A stretch of 63,694 nt of DNA, filler included, from Chrysochromulina tobinii (lineage: Eukaryota): the NCBI GenBank assembly GCA_001275005.1. It is 8 parts of 8 records of this genome, joined end to end, with 100 filler letters (N's around TTAATTAATTAA, not from the genome) between each part and the next. Parts side by side here need not be neighbours in the genome. Positions count along the whole stretch, not along the records: positions 10,672 to 31,777 come from JWZX01000628.1; positions 31,878 to 39,271 come from JWZX01000630.1; 6 more parts are not named here. One strand, given 5' to 3'. Of this stretch, positions 22,524 to 34,903 are shown piece after piece. Position numbers and translations under genes: made by a program. The notes under the pieces were generated by a model. The model was not told the origin of the DNA, did no database searches, and saw nothing but the letters and a program-made list of their open reading frames with translations. Numbering within the stretch: position 1 is the stretch's first letter; the number at the start of each line of letters is the position of its first letter.

Positions 22524-22738
22524 GGTGAACGGGACCAAATCACCCTTTGTCCACGTCGGGAAACGGCGCGCGTCGCGTGCTTACCGGTAAAAAGACACCG
22601 GGGGGAGCCGGGACACACAACTCCCCATTTTATGCAACCATGAATCGGGGGATTGTTTTCAAGTCAAGCTCTCTTCTAACTTTGGGTCGATTGCGCGAAC
22701 GATCAAAAACGCAAACTCTCTGTCCTTCCTTCCTAGCC

Positions 22739-24043
22739 ATGGTCGCCGGTGGCCGCGAGCTGATCGCGGCGGCGCTGGCCACGCTTGGGCTCATCCTGTT
22801 CCTCAACTTGCTTCCCGCTGAGCGCTGCGAGACGATCCCTATGGTCATCGACTCTGCGGGCTCTCGGCCTCTTGCGGTCGGCAGCGAATCTCCGTCCTCT
22901 TTTGGCCCCGTATCCAGCTCACCTTATGGAGATGGTGAGCCGATGCCGCCTCCGCCACCGCGGAGTGACGAACATGCGGCTGTCTCGCCTCGTTCATCGT
23001 ACCGCCCTGCGCCCAAGCTCATGGCAGTCGGCATCATCACGGCACCAACGCACTTCGACCGTCGCCTGTGGATTCGGCAGAAGCTGCGAGTGAGCGATGC
23101 GCGTCGCCGCGGCATCCGCGTGCTCTTCGTGCTAGGAGTGCGCAATCGCATGACGCCCGCGCAGCGGCTTGCCATCCGTCACGAGGAGAATGCTCACGGC
23201 GATGTCGTCTTCGTGGGCGCGCGCGACTGGGTTCCGCATGCGGTCGCTGAGAAGTCACTCGCGTGGTGGGAGCACGCGGCTGCGCATCTTCCGGGCTACC
23301 GCTGGTACATGAAGACGGACGACGACTCTCTCGCGCACCTGCCGCGACTCGAGATGGACCTCGCGTTGATGAGCTCGATGGGTCGCTCCCACTACTATTA
23401 CGGAGTGATGACCTGGCGCGCGTGGACTCCTTTCCACACAGAGGCCGACGCGGCGTGCGGCGAGCGCGGCGACGACGGCCCCTCTCTCGACGGGCCGTCG
23501 GCGCGCCTCGAGCGGCTGATGCTGGACCGTCGGCCCGGCGGCGCATGCTCCCGCGCTGTCGGCCCCTTCCCATTTGCGGACGGCTCCCTCCAAATCTTAT
23601 CGGACGACCTAATGCGTGCCTTCGTTGAGTCGCCGCTCGCGCGCAACTTTTCGCGCAGCCACCTGTCGCGCCAGGGGCCGCCGTACTGGACGCACGAGGA
23701 CGCGGGCGTGGGGTACCTCATCTTCCACTCGGCTATCCTGCAGACGCTTCCGCTCACGTACGTGGTGCTTTCGCCATGGAAGCACAACAAGTTTTGGATC
23801 AATTGGTTTCCTCGGCACAACCCATCGCTCCCCGACGAGCACGTGGTCAACACCCACAAGGTCGTCACCTCGATGATGGCCCAGATTGCGCAGGACGCGT
23901 ACGAAAATTCCACGTACGCAGCAGACCCCTTCGTGTGCGTCGACTGCGCGAAAACGTGGGGCTGGCGGGGTGGCTTTGAAACGAGCGTCGGTCGATTCCC
24001 CATTGAGCGCGTCGCGTGCTGCAACAAGAGGACCGATGCATAG
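22739..24043 (+). CDS. GT31 family beta-1,3-galactosyltransferase-like type II membrane protein
   Basis: N-terminal TM anchor, RRLWIRQ, VLFVLG, EENAHGDVV, YMKTDDD, PFPFADG, HEDAGVG. Confidence 0.88.
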   Translation: MVAGGRELIAAALATLGLILFLNLLPAERCETIPMVIDSAGSRPLAVGSESPSSFGPVSSSPYGDGEPMPPPPPRSDEHAAVSPRSSYRPAPKLMAVGIITAPTHFDRRLWIRQKLRVSDARRRGIRVLFVLGVRNRMTPAQRLAIRHEENAHGDVVFVGARDWVPHAVAEKSLAWWEHAAAHLPGYRWYMKTDDDSLAHLPRLEMDLALMSSMGRSHYYYGVMTWRAWTPFHTEADAACGERGDDGPSLDGPSARLERLMLDRRPGGACSRAVGPFPFADGSLQILSDDLMRAFVESPLARNFSRSHLSRQGPPYWTHEDAGVGYLIFHSAILQTLPLTYVVLSPWKHNKFWINWFPRHNPSLPDEHVVNTHKVVTSMMAQIAQDAYENSTYAADPFVCVDCAKTWGWRGGFETSVGRFPIERVACCNKRTDA

Positions 24044-24184
24044 TCATAGACCGTGTCAGCGAACAAGCACGCCCCGTGGCACATTGCCCAGACCGCGAAC
24101 GCGCGTGCTCGCGTGAGTTCACAGTAAAAAAGGCTCCAGCGTTCACACATCACAGCTTCATACACGAGCACGTTTTCCCTTCGA

Positions 24185-25063
24185 ATGGCGGCACCTGGCA
24201 ACTGCGTGTTCGTCTCGGGCACCGCTGTGGGTGTAACCACGATCTTGTTGCCCGGGCGTATCTGGACCGAGCTGGAATGCGCGCAAGCAGTCGTGCAAGC
24301 GCAGAAGTCTGCCAATGGTGCTATCCACGAGGCGAACGATGGTGAATGTACAGCTGTGCTGGACATGCATTCCGTGGCCGCAGATCCAGCAGGTTTACAG
24401 CGATCATGCTTCATCTACTCTGCCGCCACGCCAACGAATCAAATTTGCACCGTCGCGCCGTCCGCATGCGACGCAGCTGAACATGGGACACCATTCGAAG
24501 GTGCTGACCTCACGTTGCCCGGCCGTGCACTCGGCGGCTCGATTCCGACGCAGCTCGGTGTGCTGGCGAATCTCACCGCACTTGACCTCAGCGACAACAT
24601 GCTCAGCGGCAGCGTGCCGTCGCAACTCGGACTGCTCACGCAGCTTGAGACGTTGGACGTCGGCTACAACCGTCTGAGTGGCAGCATACCCTCGGAACTT
24701 GGACGGTTGTCACGGCTCATCACCCTCGATGTGGCAGACAATCGGCTTGGTGGATCGCTGCCGACGCAGCTCGGCTTGCTACACCCCGCCTTTTGTTACC
24801 TGCTTCGGAGGCAACGCACGCAGCCGACCAGGGCGGGCAATGAGAGCGGCGGCGACTCGCCGAGCAGTAATGGAGACGCCAGCGGTGCCGTCACGCCCGG
24901 CGCTGACGATAATCGATTCGACTGCCCTCTGCCGACGCTCTACCCTGGGTGCGGACAGAATGGGCTCTCATTCGAGGGGCGCGTGGCGAGTGGCCAAGAC
25001 GCGTGCGGCGGCAGCAGTGGGCTCGTGTCATACACCCTGGCATCGGTGCAAGACGTGCCCTGA
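24185..25063 (+). CDS. Plant-type (24-aa) leucine-rich repeat protein
   Basis: Four LxxLDLxxNxLSGSIPxxLG units. Confidence 0.82.
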   Translation: MAAPGNCVFVSGTAVGVTTILLPGRIWTELECAQAVVQAQKSANGAIHEANDGECTAVLDMHSVAADPAGLQRSCFIYSAATPTNQICTVAPSACDAAEHGTPFEGADLTLPGRALGGSIPTQLGVLANLTALDLSDNMLSGSVPSQLGLLTQLETLDVGYNRLSGSIPSELGRLSRLITLDVADNRLGGSLPTQLGLLHPAFCYLLRRQRTQPTRAGNESGGDSPSSNGDASGAVTPGADDNRFDCPLPTLYPGCGQNGLSFEGRVASGQDACGGSSGLVSYTLASVQDVP

Positions 25064-25257
25064 CCCCTGAGTTGGGCCCTCAAGCATGGCACCCAGAAGG
25101 GGTTTCGGGTTAGCGTGTGGCCACCTTCATGAACCTTTTAAGCTTTCTTGTTACATGTAACAGTGAAACGAGACACAGAGAAGGGTTTCAAGCAAGCTAA
25201 TTAGTCGAAACAACACAAGTACCTAAACGAGCGCAATCGAATACCCCTGTAACTTAA

Positions 25258-25289
<32 letters not shown>
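25258..25289. repeat. (GCTT)n microsatellite upstream of ASPM
   Basis: About 8 consecutive GCTT/CTTG units. Confidence 0.9.
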
Positions 25290-25392
25290 AGAAGGGTTTA
25301 GCTTTTTGGCAGTGGGGCGTACATTGTATCCTTCTCGTTCACACTCCGCTTCATCTCGCTTCCCGCCGCCTTCGCATTCGAGCGATATCGTC

Positions 25393-28300
25393 ATGTCGGT
25401 GGTGGCCACTGTGGAGGGCGTTCTCGACGAGCCGCCCGAGGCCATGGACTTCTCGCTCATGTTCGGTGCGGCGGCGAGCGACGTACAGCAGCATCCGCTG
25501 CGCTCGCCGCTGCGCTCGTCTCGACCCGCGCCGGGCCCCAGCATTGCGTGTGCCCTCGAAGGCGCCCACCCTGTCCTTCTGTTGAAGCACGGTGCACCAA
25601 TCCCGACGGTGGACTTTGGCGATGTGGCGCCAAAAACCACGGAGAAGCGCATCCTCGTGCTGCACAACGACAGCACACGCACCCAGCGCGTCGATCTGCG
25701 CCCCACTTCCATTGACAAGCGCGACGCGTTGCGAGTCTACCCGACGTCCATGGAGCTTGAGCCGGGCGGCTCGCGCGAGATGGAGATCAGCTGGGCCCCC
25801 ATCACTGCCGGCGCCAAAATGAGCAAGAAGTTCGACTTCATGTGGAATGGCGGCTCGTCGGCCCTGAAGGTCGAACTGCGCGGCGTGTGCGCCAAGTCCA
25901 CGTCAGTAGCTGCAAAGGTGGCTCCCGCCATCTCGACCGTCGCCACGAAGAAGGCTGGCGGAGCGAGCGTGAGCAGCGCTAAGCCTTTGGCACCCGTGCG
26001 GGATACGAACGCCATCGCGGCCGCGCCGCGCGTCGGCCCCGCCTCCGCGGCCGACCTTGAGGCGGTGCGTGCACCGTCGGCAGCAAAGCCCTGGCAGGCC
26101 GCGAGGGAGGAAAGAGGCACCGTGGCCGCCGCCGCCGACGTCGTCTTCGCGCCGGCGCGCCTGCTGACGCGCCTGCCGACCGCCACGCCAGCGGCCATGT
26201 TCACTCCCGCGAGCCCTGCTCAGGCGCAGGCGGACGCCGAGGCGGCAGCCGCGCAGGACGCGGAATCGGTGCTGATCGATTTTGGCACCGGATCGCCCGC
26301 TGCGCCGCTCGGCGCCTCTGTCGACCCGCTCGCTGACGCCCTCGCGGCGGCGGCGGACGCTCGCTCGATGATCCTGGGCATCGTCAGCCCTCCGCCCCCG
26401 CCGGCAGACGTGGCGGCAGAGGCTGAGGCGGCGTTCCTCGGCGCGAACTTGGAGCGATTCAATGCGCTCCGAGGGGCTCCGCGCGCTGAGGACGCTGAGG
26501 ATGCCTTCGAATCTGCACGCGAGTCGTTGCGCTCGTCGCCTCGGCCTGAAGAGGTATCCCGGCGCGAGGACGAGTCGATGCGCGACGAGTACGAGTCCGC
26601 CGAGGAGGACGATGGCGATCACGCGCGCGCGCTCGCGCAGGTGGCGTCCGCCGCCTTCGCCGCCTCGCCGCCGAAGCCGCCGCCTGCTGCGCCCTTGGGG
26701 GTAGAGGCCGACGCCGACGCCGACGCCCCGGTCGAGGCGTCGGCATCCAGCTGTCTGCTGGACTTTTCGAGCTCCTTCGGAGCGGGCGCGAGCCGTGCGC
26801 CGCGTCCCTTCCGGCCGGCGGCTTCCGTACCGCAACCAGCTCCGTCCGCGCCCGTGCCGCCGCCGCCTTCAGACGCCAAGGCGCCGAATGTGACGCGCCG
26901 AGCTGTGGCGCTGAGCAAGCCCATGCCTAAGCCTGCCATCGCGCCCGCCACCGTTGCCGAGCCCACCGCCGTCGAGCCTGCCGCCACGGTCGTCGCCGAG
27001 CCGCCGGCCGCCGCCGAGGCTTCGGGCGCCGGCATCGTCCCCGGTCGGCCTCTCAAGCTCTCCCGGAAGCCAGCCTTGCCCGCCGCCGCGACTGCCGCCG
27101 CGCCCGGCGCCGCGCTCGCGCCCAGCGCGTCGAGTGGTGGCGCCGACGCACTCGGTGCCTACTACGACGACAATTGGCGTGAGAAGCGCACCACCGCCTA
27201 CGCGACGTGGATCAATTTTGCGCTCACGGAGCAGTACCTCGCGCCCGCCACCGATGCGGCTGGCGCCGTCGCGGGCGACGCTGCTGCTGGCGGCGCCGCC
27301 ATGGGCGGCTCGAGCGAGCGGCAGCGCATGTCGCTGCGCGAGCTCGAGGCGGGGCTGCAGCAGGCCTCGCTCCGGGCCAAAATGGCCCGCCTCCTCCGCT
27401 CCCCAGAGGTTCGCACACCCCTCGTGCGCATCGAGCAGCAAGTGCAAGAGGACATCATCGCGGTGCGCCCCACGCTCAACTTAACGGCCGACGTGGGCCT
27501 GCGCACCCATTTGCTCAAGCTGCTCGACTGTTACAACCCTGTGTGGCTGCGCATGGGCGTCGAGGCTCTCATTGGAGAGACGGCGCCCGGCGGGCCAGCG
27601 GACACGGCCGCGCTGCGCCGCTTTGTCGATAAGCGCGTGCTGACGGCCGGCAAGGCGGCGGCGCCGGCATGGGTCGCCAAGGAGGGCACGCACTTCGAGG
27701 AGGCGGCCAAGAAGGCGGCGGCACACGCTCTCGGGCACCAGCACAGGGCGATTGTGCGTCGTGTGCTCGCGCTCATCTGGCTACTCGACCATGCGAAGCG
27801 CGCGCGCCTTCTGCGCGCGGACCCGTGCCTCTTCCGTCCGCGGCTGGTCGTTCGCTCCTCGCGCCAGCTGGCCAATGAGTTCTCGAAGCACTTCCTCTCG
27901 GGTGGCATCGGCGACATCAACCGGCACCTGGGCACCCTCGGCGTGAAATTGCTCCATGAACAGACGCCCCTCGACGAGTACGACTTCACAATCGCCAAGG
28001 GCCTCGGCGCCGAGCTACGCGATGGCGTGCGCCTATGCAAGCTCGTCGACCTCTGCACCGCGCAGCTCGTCGCCGCCGCGGCCGGCGAGGGCGGTGAGGG
28101 GGCAGTGGCGACGGCCGCGTCGGAGGGGGGCATCACCGCACTCACGCTCGTACCCGCCGAGAATCTCAGCCGCAAGACGCACAACGCGCGGCTCGCGCTG
28201 CAGCGCATGGCGGGCTGCGGACTGCTCGCCGGGCTCGATGGCCTCGAAGGCGACGCGGCGCGCTTGGGCGCCGAGCTCAAGGCGCGCGCCGACCTCGTCG

Positions 28301-31300
28301 TCAAGGGGCACACCGAGGCGACCCTCGACGTGCTGTGGGGCCTCATTTCCAAGGGCGTCATGCCCAGGCTCGCGCCCACACGCTCGGTGCAGCGCGAGGT
28401 CGAGCGCGCACACAAGATCGCCAAGCGCACGCACGGTGCGATCGTGCTCCCCGGGGCCCAGTACGCCGCCGCCGCCGACGCGGACGTGAGCGTGCGCCTG
28501 AACGCGTGGCTCACGGCTGTGTGCGCGGCACGTGGCCTGCGACTGCTCGATGTTGGGCGCGCGCTGCAGGATGGCGTCGCCCTGTGCCTGGTGCTTCGTC
28601 ACTATCTACCGGCCGAGGCGCTCGCGACGGCGCCCTCTTACGCGGGTGCCGCCGCCCCCGCGCTGCCCACGGACGACGAGCTTCCGGCGCTGGCGCGGGC
28701 GAGCCACGCGGCCGCCTTGGAAGGGCGCTCGCTGAGCGGCGCGTCCCTTCGATCGGCGGAGGAGCGGCTGGCCGCGGTGGCGGCGGCGGTGGCGGCCCTC
28801 GGATGCGTGCCTCCGCTCGTCGGTCCAACGGACGCGCACGGATGCGGCCCCGATGAGCACGTGAGCAGCCTGTACCTCGCTTGCCTCTTCGGCCGCCTCA
28901 CCCAGGTCGGCCAGCAGGCGAGCGCTGCCAGCGCACTCCAGGGCGCGTGGCGCAGCCGACACCTGCACGTCAACATGCGCACGATGCTGCGCCGAGCGCT
29001 CATGGCAGCGCGCGTGCAGCAGCTGTGGAGGGCGAAGCGGCGCGCAGCGTACGCGCGCCTCACGCTCGACGCGCGCCGCAAAGTGCGCCGGGCGTTTTCG
29101 CATGCCCTCGCCCGCCGCCGCTTCCGGCGTGCTCTGTCGGAGTGCCGCGCCCGTCACGCCGCCCGGCGCACCGCCGCCGCAAAGACGATCCAACGGGCCG
29201 TGCTCTCGCACGCGCTCATGCTCGCCCTAGGCGCGGCGGCCACCCTGATCCAGGGGAGGGCGCGTGGGCGTGTGGCGCGCGTCCAGCGGCGCGCCGCCCT
29301 GGGCGCGTGCGTGCGGCTGCAGGCGGCGGCGCGCCGGATGCGGGCGGCGCGTGTGGTCGCGACCAGGCGTGAGGCCAAGCGCGCTGCGGCGCACCGGGCC
29401 TGGCTGCGCGAGCAAGCCGCCATCGCCCTTCAAGCCACCGCCCGGCGCGCTCGCGCACGCCGTGTGCTCGTCACGGCGCGAGTGGCCGTCACGGCTCTGC
29501 AGGCGGCCGGACGGCGCCGCCTGTGCGTCCTCTCTCTGCGCCGGTCGATTGCGGCGGCTGTCGCTGCCCAGACGGCCTGGCGCCGGTGCTCGGCGGTCGT
29601 GCATCTCCAAGTTGCACGTGCAGCCGCCGTGGCGTTGCAGGCAGCGTCCCGGGCGAGGCGTGCGCGCCAGCGTGCCCTGCAGCTGCGCACGCACCGAGCG
29701 GCGGCCGTGCGGGCGGCCGCTATCCGGGTGGCCGCGACTCGCCTCCAAGCGGCGGCACGTCGCCACCTCGCGCGCGCTCATTTTGGCGCCGCGACCGCCG
29801 CCGTCACGCGGCTCGCTGCCGCCCAACGTCGACGCGTGTGTCAGCGCTCACTACGGCGCGCCATCGCGGCGGCCGTCGTGCTCGAAGCGGCGGCGAGGCG
29901 CTTTGCGGCCGTGACGACGCTCGCGACGGCGATCCACGCGGCGACAATCGTGCAGGCGGCTGCGCGCCGTCTCGCAGCGATCGAGCTGTGCGATCTCAAG
30001 CGTGCGGCGGCGGCAAAGCGGCGGGCCGAGCTCGAGGCCGCCATCACCCTCGCCGCCGCCGCACGCCGCATGGGCGCGCGCCGCCGCCTCGCGGCATCCC
30101 GCGCCGCTGCCACCACCCTCTCGGCCGCTGCCCGCGGCTGCCGTGCGCGCTGCGCCCTCAGCCGCGCACGCCGCGCCGCAACCACGCTGCAGGCCGCCAT
30201 GCGTCGTAAGGTGGCGATGCGGCTGCGCAAGGTGCTGGCGGCGAAGGCGATGGCGGTCAGCGCGATGCGGCTGCGGGCGGCGACGCGGTTGCAGGCCACC
30301 TTCCGTGGCGCACGGCTGCGCGTGGTGCTCGCGGCGAGGGCGATGGCAGCGTCGCGGCTCGCCGCTGGCTGGCGGATGCGCATGGCACGGCGCGGGCTGT
30401 GCCTCGCGTGCTCGAGTGCGGCATGCGTGCAGGGCGCAGCGCGCGGCCGCCTCGCGCGCCGTCTTGCGTGCCGTGTCCGACGCGCCATCGTGTCGCTGCA
30501 ATCGGCGGCACGCCGCGCACGAGCGTACGACGCTCGCCGTCGGCTGGTCGCCGAGCGCGCGCGCCGGCAGCGTGCCGCCACGGTGGTGCAGCGTATGGCG
30601 CGCGCGAGAGCCGCCCGCGCATTCGCCCGTAGGCTGCGCGCTCTCGCACACCTTGCCGCGATCTCCAAGCTGCATGCGGCTGCAAAGCTCGTGCAGTGCG
30701 TCACGCGTCGCCGGCAGGCGCTCCGCTGGCGCCGGCAGGCGGCGACCAAGCTGGCCGCAGCGGCTCGAAAGCGTCAGGCCGTGCGGAGGATGCGCCTCGT
30801 GCGCTGGATGATCCGGCGGATCCAGGCGCGCATGCGCGCGCGGCGCACCCGAAGCCGGGTGTACAAGCGCATGCCGCGCCTCGCCGAGATTGCGTCTCGC
30901 GCCGAGAAGGCGCGGCTCGCAGCTCTGGCCGACCCATCGCTCTGGCTGTGCAACCGGACGAACGCGGCGCTCAAGACGCTGCTGAGCTCGACGGTCCTGG
31001 GCGACGTGATGCGCGCCGTGAGCTCGCTCGAGATGTTCACGCTCATCGCGCCGTACGTGTGCGAGCGCATGGTGGCTGAGGGTGCGGTGCATGTGCTGCT
31101 CGACTCCTTTGCCCGTTCCAACCGCTCGCCGCCGCACCTGAAGGTTATCGGGCACGGGCTGCGTGCGCTGCTCAACATCGCCAAGCACGAAGCACTGCGG
31201 CCGTCGCTGCATGAGCACCCGGATGTGGTGCCCGCGCTCACCGACATCGTGCGCCAAAACTACGACAAGCCCGCCTCACACGGGCTGCTCTGGGATGCCA

Positions 31301-31777
31301 CCGCTCTGCTCGTCAGGCTCGCGCAGCATGCGCCCGAGGGCTGGGCGGCGCGTGTGCGCACCGAGAGCTCCAAGCATCTCAAGCAGCTCGAGTCGGTGCA
31401 TGCAATGCTCATGCGCAAGCATCCGGATGAGCCCGCTGCCAGCAAGCCCGGCGCAAAGCCCGGCGCAAAGCCCGGCGCGACGCGTCCTGCCATGCCGCCG
31501 GCACCGAGCAGCCGACCGACCAACGCTACGGCGCAGCCGGTCGACCTGGGCGCTCAGAGCATGCGTGGACTTCGGCAGGTGCTCGCCACAATTGGCGCCG
31601 TCCCGGGCGCGGCCACACCACTCGCTGAACAGACGGCCAATGAGCCTGCCCCCGCGGCGCCGCCGCCCCCTAAGAAGGCGGCTGCACCTCCCAAGGAAGC
31701 ACCTCTGCCCAAGGCACCATCCAAGGAGGTGCCTCCACCCAAGGCGCCGCCCATGGCACCGCCCAAGGAAGCACCTC
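25393..31777 (+). CDS. ASPM: Abnormal spindle-like (ASPM/Asp) protein, 3'-truncated at contig end
   Basis: ASH-like domain (VDFGDV...LVLHN), WINFAL, CYNPVWLRMGVE, DEYDF...LRDGVRLCKLV (CH), second CH (LQDGVALCLVLRHY), many IQ-like LQAAARR repeats, NRTNAALKTLL/NRSPPH ARM-like tail. Confidence 0.92.
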
Positions 31778-31877
31778 NNNNNNNNNNNNNNNNNNNNNNN
31801 NNNNNNNNNNNNNNNNNNNNNTTAATTAATTAANNNNNNNNNNNNNNNNNNNNNNNNNNNNNNNNNNNNNNNNNNNN

Positions 31878-34800
31878 AGCTGGGGGACGAGCCGAGCTTG
31901 AAGGGCGTGTCCGAGGAAGACGTCGCTAAGGCGCTTGCGGGCATTGTGCAGCGCTCGTGGGCAGCCGATCAGGACGGCGCCGGCACGACGACCAGCACGG
32001 CGCCGGGAGATGCGGCGGGCGAGCGCGAGCGCGGCTGGTGGTACGGGCGGCACGCTCTCGACATGGCGATGCGAGTGCCACTCACCGAGTCGGAAAAGCG
32101 CGAGTCGGCGCTCGCGAGAGCGCTCCAGCTCGAGGAGAGCGTCTCTCCTCCAATGGAGGCTTCGTCACACGCGCAGCCCAACGGCGACTGCGGCGGCGGC
32201 GGCTGCTGTGCGGAGCGCAAGCTGAGTTTAGTCCCTGGCTGGTCCAGCATTGTCTTCAGCGTCCAGAATTGGGGCTCGTTCTTGGAGCCGGGCGTCTTCG
32301 ATGTGGCGCACGAGCCTGCCCCTTCACCTGAGGGCGCACCTGCTGCTATGGAGACGCGTGACGCGGAGCTCGCAAGCAGCTACTCCGAGCGGTATGCACT
32401 GGCTGCGAGCAGCGTACAGAGCTTCTGCGGCACGATCCGAGATTGGTTTGCGCCCACGAAGTATGTGGCCTCGACGGCCTTCGTTACCTTCCGCTACGCT
32501 GCGGATGCCGACGAGGCGGTTCGTGCCATCGGCCGACTGCGTCGGGCGCCGTGCCGCCGCGTCTGCAGCGTCATCATTGAGCCCATTCGGCGGTGTATCT
32601 GCGGTGCTCAGACGAGCTTCCACGGATTGCACGCGCGCCGCGCCCCCGAGGTGGACGACGTGATTTGGAAGAACCTGTGGCACGACACGTGGATGCGTCG
32701 GCACGTGCGCCCGCTCGCAAGCAACGCCTTCTACATCAGCTGCTGCACCATCTTCTTCATGTTCATCCTCTCGATGACGCATGCAAAGCTCTCCCTCGCC
32801 ATGGGGGTCGGCCTCGACGAGACCTTCTCTGACGACACCGACCCATCGGTCTATGACGAAGCCGTGCTCTGGATCTTTGAGACTCTCGGGCTGGGATACC
32901 TCGACGAGCAGTGGGTGCTCGTCACGGCGCTCTTCTTCTCGCTGCTCATCAAGATCCTCAACGATCTCCTGCTGAGCCCGTACATTGTCAACCTCGTCCC
33001 CAATCCGCTGCGCGGCGCGGAGTGGATGGTTCGTAAAGAGCGCCTGCCCTCGGCCTCGCGCGAGCAGCTGCGCCTGATGACGCTGATTACGGTCGTCTAC
33101 ATCACCAACTACGTGATTGTGCTCTTCATCGCGCACACGCCGCTCGCTCAGCGGCACGAGACGCTCGTCTCGCTGCTCAAGCAGCGCACGGGCGCGCGGG
33201 CGAATGACCTCGACCAATCTCGGCTCTACATGACCGACTTCCTCTCGGGCTGTTTCGATCAAGTCAACGAGCACATGTGGATGGCAGTACGCCCACCGCT
33301 CTGCCATGCGAATGGATGAGATGAATGCCGTCCCTCCTTGCACGCTGATGACCGCTGAGTGCCTCCCTTCTCAGGTACCTGGTCGCCTCTCTTGATGACC
33401 CCTAATTGCCTCCCTCCTCAGGTACCGATGCTCCTCGTGCTCCAGGGCCTACTCAGCCTGCTCGACGTGCCGCAGATCGTGCAGGACGTCTTCGGGCGCG
33501 TCGTGTCGGGCGTCACACTCGTGCTGACCCTCGTGTACAGCTACGCCTACTTTTGCTGGAATCTGCGCTCCTTCACACACGACTCCCTGTTCCTCGAAAA
33601 GGAAGACGAGTGCAATCCGCAGTCGCTCGTGCGGGCATGGAGGAGCTTCCAGATCGTCCTGCAAGACGACATACGATTCATCGCCGATCACGCCGCAAAT
33701 GACACGTGGTACACTGGCGCGACCGGCCTGATCCCGACGATGATCATCCTGCTCGTGCTCGAGGTCGCGTATGGGCCGTTACTTGAGGATGGCATCACCT
33801 TCGTCACCATGCGCCTCGAGCGTCTACTCTCGCGCAGGCATACCAGCCAGGAGGCCATCAACAAGGCTTTCGAGCCGCCCGAGTTTGCCTTCGCCTACCG
33901 GTACGCCTCGTGCCTCAAGATTGCGGCGATCGTGCTCGTCTTCGCACCGGCGGCGCCGATTCTCTATTTCGTGGGCACGGCCGTAGTGGCCACGTCCTTT
34001 GCCATCCAGAAGCTCGCGCTCGTCAAAATGTACCGGCGGCCGCGCGCCCTCGATGCGTCCCTGGCCGAGCGATCGCGCACCGTTCTCTACCTGCTCCTCG
34101 TGCTCAAGACGCTCGCAGCGTGCCTCTTCCAGGCAAGGGCCTCTGATGGCCTCTGATGGCCTCTGATGGCCTCTGATGGCCTCAAGACACTCACGGCGTG
34201 ATGTCCTCAAGACACTCACAGCGTGTCTCCTTTGCAGGTGCGCCAGGCACTCGTGGCGCAGAGCGTCAATGGCTCTGATCTGGACCTCGTCGAGGACAGG
34301 TGCGCCTGATTGCCTCTGATCGCCTCTGATCGCCTCTGATCGCCTCTGATCGCCTCTGATCGCCTCTGATCGCCTCTGATCGCCTCTGATCGCCTCTGAT
34401 CGCCTCTGATCGCCTCTTGTTTGGATCCCTCGAGGACAGTGTGCCGCTCATCATCGCGATCGTGGCCGTCATCATCTACGGCGCCGTTGACTTTGGCGTC
34501 GCGCCGTGTCTCAAGGGCTTCGGACGCTCAATCGGCACGTCGGAGGGGGAGGAGAAGCAGATGCGCTACATGCAGGCGCGTGCGAGGATCCCCCTGGCTT
34601 TGTGATTGCCCACCCTCGATGCATGCTGATGACCGCTGATGACGTCCGTACATGCAGGCGTGCGAGGAGCTCCCTGGGTTTGCGCCGTACGCACCCGACG
34701 AGGGCTCAGGTGTACACCTCAAGTCAACGTCCCGCAGGGCATGGGGCAGCGCTACCCGCGCCCTACTCCGTAGTAGCTCCTTGACGAGCCGACGTGGGGG

Positions 34801-34903
34801 CAGTGGCAGCTCACTGCTGAGTGCGGGTATTAGGATGCTATCGCCGGCCACCAGAAGCCGCTCCTACTCCCACGGAAGCCGCTCCACTCCTGAGCTGCTG
34901 TGA
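31878..34903 (+). CDS. OSCA/CSC1 (TMEM63, DUF221)-like multi-pass channel, 5'-truncated, 4 introns
   Basis: AFVTF, RAPEVDDVIWKNL, PPEFAFAYRYA, FAPAAPILY, MYRRP. Introns 33287-33421, 34133-34237 (GC-AG), 34300-34439 and 34576-34657 (GC-AG) keep the frame. Confidence 0.78.

Noticed and set aside
25174..25185. U6-like ACAGAGAAG box
   Set aside because: Flanks do not match U6; no tRNA, rRNA or snRNA was recognised anywhere in the window.
25254..31766. Many overlapping Arg/Ala-rich alternative-frame ORFs (here and across the window)
   Set aside because: Shadow ORFs expected in stop-poor high-GC coding DNA; no domains.
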